NCBI GenBank assembly: GCA_964019335.1 | Contig: OZ025659.1 | Span: 310,001 to 374,000, forward strand | DNA: 64,000 bases | Source: Diplonema japonicum | Taxonomy: Eukaryota; Protista; Euglenozoa: Diplonemea | Direction of reading: 5' to 3' | Program-made: the position numbers and the translations under genes | Part shown: positions 34,766 to 45,694 of the stretch, piece by piece | Numbering within the stretch: the first letter of the stretch is position 1 | Layout: every line of letters starts with the position of its first letter | Notes under the pieces: generated by a model | What the model was told of the DNA's origin: nothing | The model's database searches: none | What the model saw: the letters and a program-made list of their open reading frames with translations, nothing else

Positions 34766-35950
34766 ATGCTTAAACTCCTCCTGACAGTGGCACTCTCATG
34801 TACCACTTCTGAGGACTGTGCTTTGAATGGCGACTGTGTGAATGATACGTGCATATGCGACCCCGGATGGGGGCCCAACCCTGCTGGCGGGTTGCCATGC
34901 TCTTACTTACAGCTTGATAACGTGAGCCCTAACCAACCCGGATATAAAAACGAATCAGCAAATACATGGGGAGGCCGTCCTGTGTACTGGGAAAAGGATC
35001 AGCAGTGGCATGTGTTCACTGCCATGTTCTCTGAAGGCTGCTCTGTTGACAGCTGGAAGACGAACTCCTTCATCTTCCACGCAACAGGTCCTTCCCCCAC
35101 AGGGCCCTGGACAGGTAGCGACGTGAGCATTCCGATCTTTGCCCACAATCCTCAAGCATTGCTGCATCCAGATGGCACATGGATTATCTACTTCATCGGT
35201 GGGTGGCACATCTCGGAAGCAGACCACAAGAACTGCAGCAGGTCCCCTGTTGCGTGGCCCTCGCAAACAAATGGCCCTGGTATGGGTCCCACTCAAGACG
35301 GCTGTGGCCCTGGTGAAAATACTGGCTGTGGGATACGCTACGCTACGTCGCCCTCTCCCTACGGCCCGTGGACCTTGCACGACCTTTTCGTGACGAATGG
35401 AAACCAATCTGCTCTATTCAACTGCACGAAAACTAACCCCGCCCCTACAATCCTCGCCAACGGCACAGTCCTGCTCGCCTTCAACGGTGGCTACTGCCAT
35501 AGTCGCACAGAGAACCTCGGCATCATGTCTGCACCTCACTACACCGCTCCCTTTACCATACTGACGTTGGACCCAATAGCCTCCACTGATGTGTGCGCAG
35601 GGAACACCTTTGGTGAAGACCCGACCCTCTGGCAGTCTAAGAGGGGTTTTCACCTTCTAGGACATGCCATGTGCAATCCTGGGGTGAACTCCCTTTATGC
35701 TTTCTCGCGCGATGCTGTTAGTTGGACCTTCTCAAGAGGCCCAAGTGGGCATCCTTTGAGCTCGTACACGGGAACAGTCCATTGGACCAACGGTTCTCAG
35801 ATGTCAGTTTCTCGCATGGAACGCCCTATCATCGTGCTGAGCCCTCACACCAACACCCCGTTCATGTTAACTAACGCGATCGAGGTAAAGGGCCGCACCT
35901 GGGGAGTCTACAGGATGTTGTCTGGTGCCACCCCCCTTTCCCCCTCTTGA
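34766..35950 (+). CDS. Secreted GH43/clan-F-like five-bladed beta-propeller with N-terminal EGF-like module
   Basis: Signal peptide, CALNGDC...CICDPGW, and motifs WGG, AHNP, NPAP, EDP and ERP. Confidence 0.72.
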   Translation: MLKLLLTVALSCTTSEDCALNGDCVNDTCICDPGWGPNPAGGLPCSYLQLDNVSPNQPGYKNESANTWGGRPVYWEKDQQWHVFTAMFSEGCSVDSWKTNSFIFHATGPSPTGPWTGSDVSIPIFAHNPQALLHPDGTWIIYFIGGWHISEADHKNCSRSPVAWPSQTNGPGMGPTQDGCGPGENTGCGIRYATSPSPYGPWTLHDLFVTNGNQSALFNCTKTNPAPTILANGTVLLAFNGGYCHSRTENLGIMSAPHYTAPFTILTLDPIASTDVCAGNTFGEDPTLWQSKRGFHLLGHAMCNPGVNSLYAFSRDAVSWTFSRGPSGHPLSSYTGTVHWTNGSQMSVSRMERPIIVLSPHTNTPFMLTNAIEVKGRTWGVYRMLSGATPLSPS

Positions 35951-36097
35951 TATTTCTACTTCAAAACCGAACGTTTCTTTCTCTCTTTTGTCTACGCTTC
36001 ACCGCTACTTCTCTTCTAGATACCTTTCGGTGCCTAATTCAAGATCACTTATTTTGAAGCCTTCCTTCTTTACCTTCCACAGGTGGCACTCTGAAGA

Positions 36098-37084
36098 ATG
36101 AAGTTAGATGTGGTGCGGCTCTCCGAAGCCCTCCGATCCTCGGGGTGTGCCCACGTTCACGTTGAAGAGCACAGCCTAGTGAATGACCTGCAGACAAGGC
36201 TAACAGTGCTGACATCCTGCATGCTGGGATTAGATTCTGATTTTTGTGGCATGGACTTAGGAGCCTTACGGGGGAGGGCACCATCTACTGTAATACAAGG
36301 GACGTTAGCTAAGCTACTGCTGGACATGGGTCTTGTTCCACCTGTGCCTTCGTTGAAAGGGGGGCTTGACTCTCCTGATCTCGAGGTGGCAATGGCCTTG
36401 GTAGCAGGTGACCATCGAGTAAAGGAAGCTAACACAAATGTGTTCAATGAGCTAACCGATCTTTTGGAAGTCAATTGCTACACGAAGGCGTGCAACGAGG
36501 GACTTGACAAAGAGTACAAGCGGTGTGTAAGAGTCGAGGATGTTGTCTTGAAGAACCAAGCGGCTGTGTACTCCAAGGGGTGTTCTATCTTGCCTACAAA
36601 CATGTCAACATCTGACAGGGCCAAGGCACGTACCGCTCTCACAACAGGGCAAGTGTCGCTGTCTGGCATGCGACAGCAGAACATGCTACTTGCGTCTGAG
36701 TTGAGAAAGCTAGAAGCAGAGCTTGGCACCACGCAATCTTCAATATCTCCTGACATGACGGACCCCGACGCTGTGTCCTCGCTACTTACAGAATGGAACG
36801 CCACTCTGTCTTCACTGCTGAAGACAGGTGCTACTTTCACTCGTGAAGTGCAGGGTCTGGACATCAACAAGCCAGCAGCAACACCAGCTCACGACAAGCT
36901 TGGGGATCTCGCCACCTCGCTGTACCCGTTAAACAACTCCCTTGCCAACATCCCTGCCACAACCACCGCTGTCAGGGCCATCCTGGATGATCTCCAGAAC
37001 CAAGCACACATGATCCGCTCCGACATCCAGACAGCACCTCGCGCAGACGTGTCATGGGCAGCTGAGTGCGCTGCCGTACTTTAG
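36098..37084 (+). CDS. Probable augmin subunit HAUS7/AUG7-like
   Basis: Matches plant AUG7 as remembered: LAKLLLDMGL, ELTDLLEVNCY, LDKE...NQAAVYSKGCSILPTNM (cf. QSLIFSEECKLFPADV), followed by coiled coil. Confidence 0.55.
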   Translation: MKLDVVRLSEALRSSGCAHVHVEEHSLVNDLQTRLTVLTSCMLGLDSDFCGMDLGALRGRAPSTVIQGTLAKLLLDMGLVPPVPSLKGGLDSPDLEVAMALVAGDHRVKEANTNVFNELTDLLEVNCYTKACNEGLDKEYKRCVRVEDVVLKNQAAVYSKGCSILPTNMSTSDRAKARTALTTGQVSLSGMRQQNMLLASELRKLEAELGTTQSSISPDMTDPDAVSSLLTEWNATLSSLLKTGATFTREVQGLDINKPAATPAHDKLGDLATSLYPLNNSLANIPATTTAVRAILDDLQNQAHMIRSDIQTAPRADVSWAAECAAVL

Positions 37085-37167
37085 AATTAGAGTTTTCCTG
37101 TCCTATATGTAGTTACTATTACCTTGTCTTTACTAGACCGTCACACAACTCAGTAAAAGTGGCAAAG

Positions 37168-38742
37168 ATGGAGAGGTTTACAGGTACTCACTGCTTCGAA
37201 TGTTGCAAGAGCGTCGCGGAGGTGTGCAAATGGGTGGAGGAGAGAGAGGTAGGGGAGTGCAGAGTATGCAACAGTATTGCAGAACTGAAGAGCGGAAACA
37301 AAGAAATTGCTGTTAGACTAATGCGGGAGGCGCTGGGTAGTGTGGGGGAGACGGATAAGACATTCTGCTACTGCATGCTAAGGGCTGTGCAGTGTTCATT
37401 ACAGTTACATGGAAATCTACGTAGCGTGACAGCAGAGGAGGCGTACTCGCTCACTTCGGTGAAGATCAATAGTTATGAGGAGTTCAAGAGCACTTGGATG
37501 GGCTTCCTCCACAATAAATTCCGCGTAGGCGAATATGTTAATGAAGCAACTAAGGTTTGCTTGGAGATAGCGTCGAAGAGGAGGAAGCACAGCGACTGGA
37601 AGGAGTTAGAACACGCTTACAAATGTGCAGAGAACAGCAAAGCCTTCCAGGAGCATAGTACCATCGCCGCCAAGCTAATCAGAGCCACGCACGGCATGCA
37701 AGCCGTGTGGGACAATGTAGGTGTCCGTGGCAGCAGTGGAAAGGTACTTACTGAAGAAGCGGCACGCAAAGTGTTGAGAAGTAAGGAAGTCACAGTAGCT
37801 AACCTGCGCGAACAGAAGACAGCATTTGAAGCGACCCCAGACTACCAAGAAGCACTACAAAGCATCAATGCCTACAAGGAATGCATGCATGAGTCGGGGT
37901 TGGACGAGCTGCTCAAAAAGAAAATCGCAGTTGGCAAGCAACACCCCCCACTCTCAGGTGACACTTTTGAAAAAGAGGTTCAAGCAACCATACGGGGGCT
38001 GGCAGCTGACGTAATTCCTTTGGATGGGTGTGAAGTGCGTGTCTTAACCAACGTGGTCTTCACGAAGCTTCAGATGCCGGAGAAGCTCACTACTGAGTTT
38101 GATGCCTTTGTTGTGCATTGCAGAAGGGAGGAGGTAGAAATGGATGTGCCGAAGAAGAAGCAAGGAGGAGCTGCGAAGGAGGTCAAAGCTAAGCTGATAG
38201 TGCAGTACGAGGTGGTCAGGATGGAAGGCTGGTATGAAGTGAAGCTGAATGCAGACGACATCATCAACGCTATTACGAAGCACAGCAGGGCGAGAAAGCA
38301 TCTGCTAACACTGTCGAAGGACGTGTTTTGTGAAAACGAGGGCATCCGATACAAGTTTCCCATCAGGGTGTTTGAACGTTTGGGCGATACCCCAGCTACC
38401 TTCGTCACCCTAGCGGGGCCAAGGTCTGCTCTTACTGGCTCTGATGTTCCTCCAAACATTTGCTTCCCCGCAAGCTTGTCTACCACCCTCTTCCAGTGGT
38501 TCCTCGACACCCTTGCGCCCTCTCTCGACCCCACCGACCTAGCCAACAACATTTCATACCTCCCCGCCCTCTATGATAGACTGGGCGAGTTCCTCATGAA
38601 GTGCGACTCTCACGAATCGCCCGCCTACTACCGTGCTCTCCTCTTTGACTCCGTCCGCCAGCTGCTTGAAACTGCGGAGCAAGGTCGTATCCTTGTGATG
38701 ACCGACCCCTACCTGGAGGCATTTAGAGACACACTCACGTGA
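37168..38742 (+). CDS. Hypothetical protein with PD-(D/E)XK nuclease-like motif set
   Basis: GDTFEKEV ... TEFDAFVV ... WYEVK in canonical order. N-terminal CFEC/CRVC pairs. Confidence 0.55.
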   Translation: MERFTGTHCFECCKSVAEVCKWVEEREVGECRVCNSIAELKSGNKEIAVRLMREALGSVGETDKTFCYCMLRAVQCSLQLHGNLRSVTAEEAYSLTSVKINSYEEFKSTWMGFLHNKFRVGEYVNEATKVCLEIASKRRKHSDWKELEHAYKCAENSKAFQEHSTIAAKLIRATHGMQAVWDNVGVRGSSGKVLTEEAARKVLRSKEVTVANLREQKTAFEATPDYQEALQSINAYKECMHESGLDELLKKKIAVGKQHPPLSGDTFEKEVQATIRGLAADVIPLDGCEVRVLTNVVFTKLQMPEKLTTEFDAFVVHCRREEVEMDVPKKKQGGAAKEVKAKLIVQYEVVRMEGWYEVKLNADDIINAITKHSRARKHLLTLSKDVFCENEGIRYKFPIRVFERLGDTPATFVTLAGPRSALTGSDVPPNICFPASLSTTLFQWFLDTLAPSLDPTDLANNISYLPALYDRLGEFLMKCDSHESPAYYRALLFDSVRQLLETAEQGRILVMTDPYLEAFRDTLT

Positions 38743-39148
38743 CCTTTTTTTTCTCTCTTTTTCTTTTGGTTCTGTAGTTGTACCTAGCCTTTCGACCAGA
38801 GCGCAACATCTTGTTTTCTTCTTTTTTTTTTTTTTCCTCTTCAGTTTTTTTGTAAGAGCAAAAAAAAAAAAAAAAAAAGAATAGCAGCATGCAGTATTTA
38901 TCCAGGATTTATACCGTGTGCCACAAACAAATGCTAAACCGACTTTTTTTTCTTTAGAAAGGGAAACAATCCCTCGGACTCTCTTGGCGGATCGGAAGTT
39001 TTTTTCCTTCCGGTGCTTCCAATGCTGACGGAAACCCCCAAGAAAGGTGTCTTTGAAAATGTCGCCCCGTTTCACCGTTTTGGGATCCACCATGGAACTT
39101 ACACATTAAAGGCATTCTCTTCTTCTTCTTTTTTTTTTTCTCTTTTTT

Positions 39149-39187
39149 TTGCTAACCACTTCGTTCCTATCATAGTGAATTTTTTTT
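39149..39187 (+). repeat. 39-nt dispersed repeat, copy 1
   Basis: ttgctaaccacttcgttcctatcatagtgaatttttttt, identical to 44981-45019. Confidence 0.9.
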
Positions 39188-39284
39188 TTCTACAGTATTC
39201 TATCTGTTACCGACTACTGCAACGCACTGCACACAGGGAGAGGCTTTTTCTCCTCTACAACAAAAAACAAAAACAAAAACAAAA

Positions 39285-41118
39285 ATGTCGCCACAACACG
39301 CACACGAGTATGGAAAAAAATAATAATATTATAACGCAAACAAAAACAACCAGTGAGGTGATTAAAGCTGTGAGGCTGTGCTGGAACAACGAACACGACA
39401 AGGCAAAGACGATAATAGAAACAAAAAAAGACAGCCACCCCAGGTACGCGGTGGAGTGGGCGTTCGTGTTCATGGTGAGGGACATGCTGCACGCCAACTC
39501 GAAGTCAAAGGAAGAGGTGATGGAGATGTTCCAGGCCGCGGACAAGCTGGCCCAGTCCCAACGGAGTGGGAAGGGGCGTGTCATCCTCGAGGGCGACCCA
39601 ATGCACGAGCACGCCAAGAACAGTTTATGGGGTGACTTCACATCCATATTCGCGCACAAGAATAAGAAAACACCTGCAGAGCTTGAAGCCATGCGATGGA
39701 AGCTTGAATGCGACGTCATCTACGCAGACTGCCTGCTGATAAGGTCCATCACGCAGCTGCGGGGGAACCAGTACGTGAAGGGGGCCATCAACATCCGGCT
39801 GGCTTGGGGACACTACCAAGTATGTGCACACAACTCGGCATACCACACGGCACAGTCCCTTATCAAGGTCCTCGCACACAAGGGCGGTGAGGTCCCGACA
39901 TACATCTCCGACAACATCAAGTTCGGGGTCGGCATGTTTTACATCTTTCTGACACTTGTCCCTTCAGGCCTCATGAAGGTATGGCACGGTGTACATGTAG
40001 CAATACACACACAGGTACTGTCTGTGATTGGGTTTGTCCGGGACAGTGAACTGGGCGAGCAGTATCTGCAAGAGGTGTTCAGGAATGGTGGAGTGAGGGC
40101 ACCCATCTCTGCCCTGGTCCTTCTCACCTACTACTTGTTCCTCCCAGTAGGTCTCGGGGATGTGTCCGTGACCCTGCAAAAGGCGAAGCTGCTTCTGGAC
40201 AAGTGTAACGAAATATACCCCAACAACAGCTATTTCCACGGGTACTCAAACTTCTACCACCGCAAAAAGGGCGAGACGGGAGAGGCATTGCGCAGCATAG
40301 ATGCCGCTATCTCGAATGCGGCGCGGCCACCAATGCTTTTGAGGTACTTGAGAGCTGACACCCTGTTCATGGCAATGAAATGGAGAGAGGCGGTAGAAGC
40401 CTACGGAATCCTATGGGAGGAGATCAGCAAGGGAAAGTTAGAGTTTGAATACTCCGGGCAGCTGGTGATGACGTTGGCGGCCTCGCACATGATGCTTGGC
40501 AACAAGGGCAAAGCTGGTGAGCTCATGAGGTTGGTCCCCAGTGCAACGAACCAAAAGTCGAAGCAGGATGCCAACTCACCGAAGTTCGCAAAGAAATGCG
40601 TACAAGAACCAAGGCTCCTTGCCTTGAGCGGCTTTTACTGTTTGTATATCAACAGGGATATGGTATGCTCAATGAAGTAGGCACCATGCACACAGGCACA
40701 CATGAAACACGAGGATCTAGTAAGTCTTGAAGCACAGCTTGATACCTTCAACAGGGAGTACGCAGTGCAGGAGGTTCCGGAGACAACAGCCATGTCGCTT
40801 CTCTTCAGAGGGGTGATGCAGAAGGGCAGCGGGAGGGTGGATGATGCCCGCAAAACGTGGTCGGCTCTTATCAAATTGAAACAATTGCACAAAGACTCCC
40901 CGAGTCTCCCCTACGGCCACTACGAGCTGGGGGAGCTGGAGTACAGGCAGGGCAACCTCAAGGCTGCGAAGAAGCTTCTCGACCACGGGGCTACGCTAAA
41001 CGGTGTGCACATCATAAATCCTTTAAATATGCAAACAACAGTGGAGAGCGACACGCTGGCCAATAGGTACAACCGTGCCATCTCACTTCTGGACAAGGAA
41101 ATCAGGAGGAGAAAGTAG
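39285..41118 (+). CDS. TTC39: TTC39/IML2-family TPR protein (introns 39308-39353, 39820-39855, 39979-40014, 40663-40695, 41003-41041)
   Basis: Motifs YVKGAINIRLAWGHY, FGVGMFYIFLTLVP..LMK|VLSVIGF.RD..LG, IYPN and PYGHYELG. Five consensus introns restore one frame from MSPQHAHD. Confidence 0.88.
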
Positions 41119-41539
41119 GAAATTCTAAATCAAACCAACATGAGGCACGACCCCCTCCGTGCAGGCGCTTACTTGCATTGAGGAACATAGAGTATACTGA
41201 CTTACCTTACAAGAGAGTCTCCCTCATTTTGTTTGCTTTGGCTTCCCTTTTCTCTTTCTCTCCCTCTTTTTTCCTTCTCTTCTCTGCAGAGGTCTCATCC
41301 CTTTGCCAATATTCGTAACCCCACACATGCTTCTACCTTCCTAGCTTTGTAGCTTATTTCTCAACACTGAGTGGCAACAAGTCTAGCTTTTTGTTCTGCT
41401 CTTCATCTCCGACCTGTTGGGGGCATTTGTAGGAGCCATAAAGGGTGTGTCTCGCTTAGATGACCGAAGTTACCTAGTAGTCGGTCTACACCCGTTTTTT
41501 ATTTCCCGCTTGCGTAGTAATATGAATTTGTTCTTATTT

Positions 41540-41572
<33 letters not shown>

Positions 41573-42277
41573 CTTTTAGCTTGCACGCTGAAGCGTACAA
41601 ACGTACCCACACTTGGCCTGGCCCTCTGTCACTGCACGGAGCTATCTTGTGTATTTACTTAACCCCCCTTTTTTTTTTGCTATCCTTTGCTTTGTAACCT
41701 AGTTTACGTTCTGGTAGGTATCAGCTCAATTCACGGAAGGGAGATAGGTGCACAACAAGCTGTACTTTGAAGAAAGTTATTTTGTTTATTAAAAGCCGTG
41801 TGTTTCCTTCTATCCCGTCCTTACCATTGCTGTGATATTCAGACGAAGAAAGAAAAAAAAAAAAAAGAACAAAAGGAGCCATTTCTTCTCTCTCCCTCTC
41901 CCCGTCCCTGTCTTTTTTACCCTTCCGACCCAGTGACAGTAATGGTCCCCGTCGGCATGAACCTCTCTCTGATGCTGTTTGCTTAAGAGTGCTTGAGGTG
42001 GTCATATGGATGTAACTGTTGATATATATAGAGGGTACGAGTATCTTGTCCTTAGTTTCTGGCTAAAGTAACTTTTACTTTTTTTGTTTTAATGTTTTAT
42101 CCATTTACCTGCCCGCTATTCTCAGAGCGCACAGGCACTGCCAAATGACAATACTTTAGTTAACCGCCACACGCTTGGCTTTCTTTTTTTTCTTCAGAAG
42201 CTGTCCTTCCGGACCCACATCATGACAGCTAGCCTAGCCTTTGTATTATTCTTACACCCTCATCGCACACAGTTAAC

Positions 42278-44116
42278 ATGGGAATATGCGATGCAGTGAA
42301 TGGATACTTCAGAGTCACCAAAAGGGGCTCCTCGTACCTTCAGGAGGTGCGGGGAGGGCTGGCCACCTTTCTCACGATGTCATATATCCTGCTAGTGAAC
42401 CCGCAGATCCTGACAGGGTGGTTGGGCGCACCCGCGGAGGGGGCATTCAACCTTGCTCCCCTGAAGGAGGAGTTCTCAAAGGACATTGCAACCGCAACTG
42501 CACTGACATGCGGCATAGGGTGTATACTGGTAGGGGTGCTTTCAAACATGCCCTTCTCCATCGGGCCCGGGATGGGGCTGAACACCTTCGTGGCGGCCCT
42601 TCTGATGAATGTGAACAGCAAGTCGCAGCTCGAAGACGCGAAGCAGGTCTGGGGCGAGGTCACCGCCACTACTTTTTTTGTGGGCGTTTTGCTAGTTCTC
42701 CTCAGTGCAACTGGGCTGGTGTCTCCCGCCATCGCTGCCATGCCCGAGACCATCAAAACAAGTATCATGGTGGGCATAGGGGCGTACCAAGCTTTCATCG
42801 GCATGCGTGAGATGGGTATTGTCGCCAAGTCAGAGGACGAGTACGTCACAATAGAGGACTTCCCCTCCTTCACCTGGGACGAGCGCCAGAGCCCCATCTC
42901 GGGCTACGCGCAGCTCCTCTTCATGCTGAGCCTTATCCTTACCACAGTGCTGTTCATGAAGGGTGTCAAGGGTTCCATTCTCCTGGGCATCCTGTTCTGC
43001 ACTGGGATCTGCTGGAGTGCCGACATCGGTGGCGGCTCGTTCCCTGCACCGCCTGTGGCCGCCCCGTCCTTGAAGCACGTCTTCTTCGAGGTGCACTTCG
43101 CTTCCTGGTTCACGAACCCAGGCAAGTACATCCCACAGGCCGTCATCATCCTGCTCATCACCATCTTCGACTGCGGCGGTGTGCAGTTCGGGATCGGGAA
43201 GCTGCTGGACCTCCCGAAGATCTTGGCAGAGCAGGAGGAGCAGGCACGCCTCGTGAATGAAAGGATACTGCAAAACGTCGACGCTCAAAAAAACAACGGT
43301 GCCCTGTCCTTGTCTGCAGAAGACGTGAACACGCTGTTGGTCACGCCGCCCTCGCCGACAGATGAAATAGTGACTAGTGTAGAACAGCAATTCACAAAGG
43401 AGAGGTTGGAGCTGCAGCTCAGGAAACTCGACGAGCTCGAAGAAGACGGTGTAAGCGGGCTGGACGAGGCACGGGACAGACTTCTGGACGAACTGAAGAT
43501 GAACGAGACAGACGCGGACAAGTCCGAGCGCGTGAAGCCTATTTCCATCCTCCCCGGTAGAAGCAGCCAACTGACGTTCCTGTCTGTGGGGCTGATGAAC
43601 ATCATAGGAGCGACGCTTGGATCGAGTCCGTGTATTGTGTTCTTGGAATGCGCTGCAGGTGTGAAGGAAGGCGCACGCACAGGGCTGGCGTCCGTTGTAA
43701 CAGGGTGCATGTTCCTCACCACAGTGGTCTTGACACCAATCTTCCAGAACGTGCCTTTATGCGCGTCTGCAGGGCCGTTGGTGTTCATCGGGTGCCTTAT
43801 GATGTCACATGTGGGCGAGATCGAATGGCAGGACCTCAAACACGCACTGCCTGCATTCCTCACAATTCTCATGATGCCCTTCACATCCTCCATCACGCCG
43901 GGCATAGGGTTTGGGTTGGCTTTCTACATCTTACTGCGCGGAGGGGACAAGGGGTATGACAAGGCGGTAGGGCTGTACCGGGCCTTGAGGACCTCGAGCG
44001 AGGCAGCGACAGTTGAGAAGTCCCCTGCCTTGCTCAGTGTTGAGGTTCCCATGGCAGATATGTCCATGAGCCTTGCAACCGCAGAGCCACAGGACCGCAG
44101 AAACTCGCTTTTGTAA
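42278..44116 (+). CDS. azgA: AzgA-like NCS2 purine permease
   Basis: Motifs EVRGGLATFLTMSYILLVNPQIL, GPGMGLN, ECAAGVKEGARTGL and PAFLTILMMPFTSSI. Intronless. Confidence 0.93.
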   Translation: MGICDAVNGYFRVTKRGSSYLQEVRGGLATFLTMSYILLVNPQILTGWLGAPAEGAFNLAPLKEEFSKDIATATALTCGIGCILVGVLSNMPFSIGPGMGLNTFVAALLMNVNSKSQLEDAKQVWGEVTATTFFVGVLLVLLSATGLVSPAIAAMPETIKTSIMVGIGAYQAFIGMREMGIVAKSEDEYVTIEDFPSFTWDERQSPISGYAQLLFMLSLILTTVLFMKGVKGSILLGILFCTGICWSADIGGGSFPAPPVAAPSLKHVFFEVHFASWFTNPGKYIPQAVIILLITIFDCGGVQFGIGKLLDLPKILAEQEEQARLVNERILQNVDAQKNNGALSLSAEDVNTLLVTPPSPTDEIVTSVEQQFTKERLELQLRKLDELEEDGVSGLDEARDRLLDELKMNETDADKSERVKPISILPGRSSQLTFLSVGLMNIIGATLGSSPCIVFLECAAGVKEGARTGLASVVTGCMFLTTVVLTPIFQNVPLCASAGPLVFIGCLMMSHVGEIEWQDLKHALPAFLTILMMPFTSSITPGIGFGLAFYILLRGGDKGYDKAVGLYRALRTSSEAATVEKSPALLSVEVPMADMSMSLATAEPQDRRNSLL

Positions 44117-44218
44117 GTCTGTGTTGTTACATTCACACTGGTTTCGCGTGACACCTTGCCTTCACGCGGTAGGCCAACGCATTTTCTTATTTGTGTAATA
44201 CACTCCTTAGTTTTTTTT

Positions 44219-44258
<40 letters not shown>

Positions 44259-44980
44259 CCACTTCCTCTCATGTTTTTTTTCCACAACGCTGCACACTTA
44301 ACGCCAAACAGTGTTGCAACCAAAGCCCCATTTTCTTTCTTCTTTTTGTGCCAAATAAAATACAAGGGTCAAGTGCCACCTCACGTGGCATCTGGCGTAA
44401 GAGTGCAAACCCCGCGTTTCGTCTTTTAACTACGTTGTTATGCATTTCTTTGTTGGCACAAGAGAGGCAGCAAAGATCAGAGAATGGCGTCACACTGGCT
44501 TCTGTGATGTTATTCCCCCCCCCCCCCCCCCCACGGTGAAGTAATTTCAAGGGGTAGGGGGGAAAAACCAAATAGTGAAGTGATGCGCCTGGGGTTCTAC
44601 TTGTAACGACGAAAAAATAAAAACTAAAAAATAAAAAGGATAAATGGGGGTAAATGAGATGGGAAAAGAGGGAGAGGAGAGAAAAAACACTATTTCTTTC
44701 TACCTTTCTCTCTTTTTTTAATGCTCATTTTTGTTTCTCTTTTATCTATTTCACCGCCTTCCCTCCCCACGTAACACCCCCTCTACCTCCCTCAATGCTT
44801 CAGACTGAGTATGTTTCCAAATAAAAAAAAAAAAGAAAAAAAAAAAAGAGAAAAAAAAAAAAGAAAAAAAAAAAAAAAACCTCTTCTTTCTTTCCTTCAA
44901 AAAGTGCCGCAATCAGAAGCTCTGGCTGTAAACTGTAAAATTCAATTGAACAATTCTGCATATTGTTTTTTGGCGGGCCG

Positions 44981-45019
44981 TTGCTAACCACTTCGTTCCT
45001 ATCATAGTGAATTTTTTTT
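44981..45019 (+). repeat. 39-nt dispersed repeat, copy 2
   Basis: Identical to 39149-39187. Confidence 0.9.
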
Positions 45020-45694
45020 AGGCGGCACTCTGCTACCAACGTACCTAAGGTTGTGGTCCAAATCCTGTCGTGATCTCAATCTTGCGCTCTTTCATCTTTC
45101 CCCATCTTCCCAGTACCCCCTTTTTTTTCGTGCCTTTTTTTCCTCTTTTCTTTTTAGCTTCTTTGAGGATTTCGGGTTTTCAAAAAGAAAAAGCAAAAAA
45201 AGGTATTGGCTTAATCTTCCTCCTTTCATTTCTCTTTTAAGTGGGGGATTACTTCCCCAGGTAACTTTTTTTTTATATCGTACTTTGCCTGTCGTGGTTC
45301 TCACGTTACTTGAAACGATTGGGTAGTCCCACCCCCTTCTTTGCAGTTTTCCCTCTTTTATTTAAAAAAAAAAAGTGAGAATAAAAGAATAAGAAGGAAC
45401 CGAACGAACGAAACAAAAAAAGAAAAGAAGAAAAAAGAAAAAGAAAAAAAACGTTATGAATAGTACCGAAACCTATCTGTCTTCCTCCTCAGCAGTGCTT
45501 CACGCTTTCTACGCCCGCCTTTCTGTAACGGTGCGCCGTATTTTTTTTCCCTTTTTTTCTTTTTAATATGTCGGCGATCCAAAAAAAAAAAAAAAAAGAA
45601 AGAAAGAAATTGTAAAGTACTAATGGTTGAGACTCTTTTTTTTTCCTGAAAAAGAATGCAACCCCAATGACAACAATCACAACACAGGGTTCAA

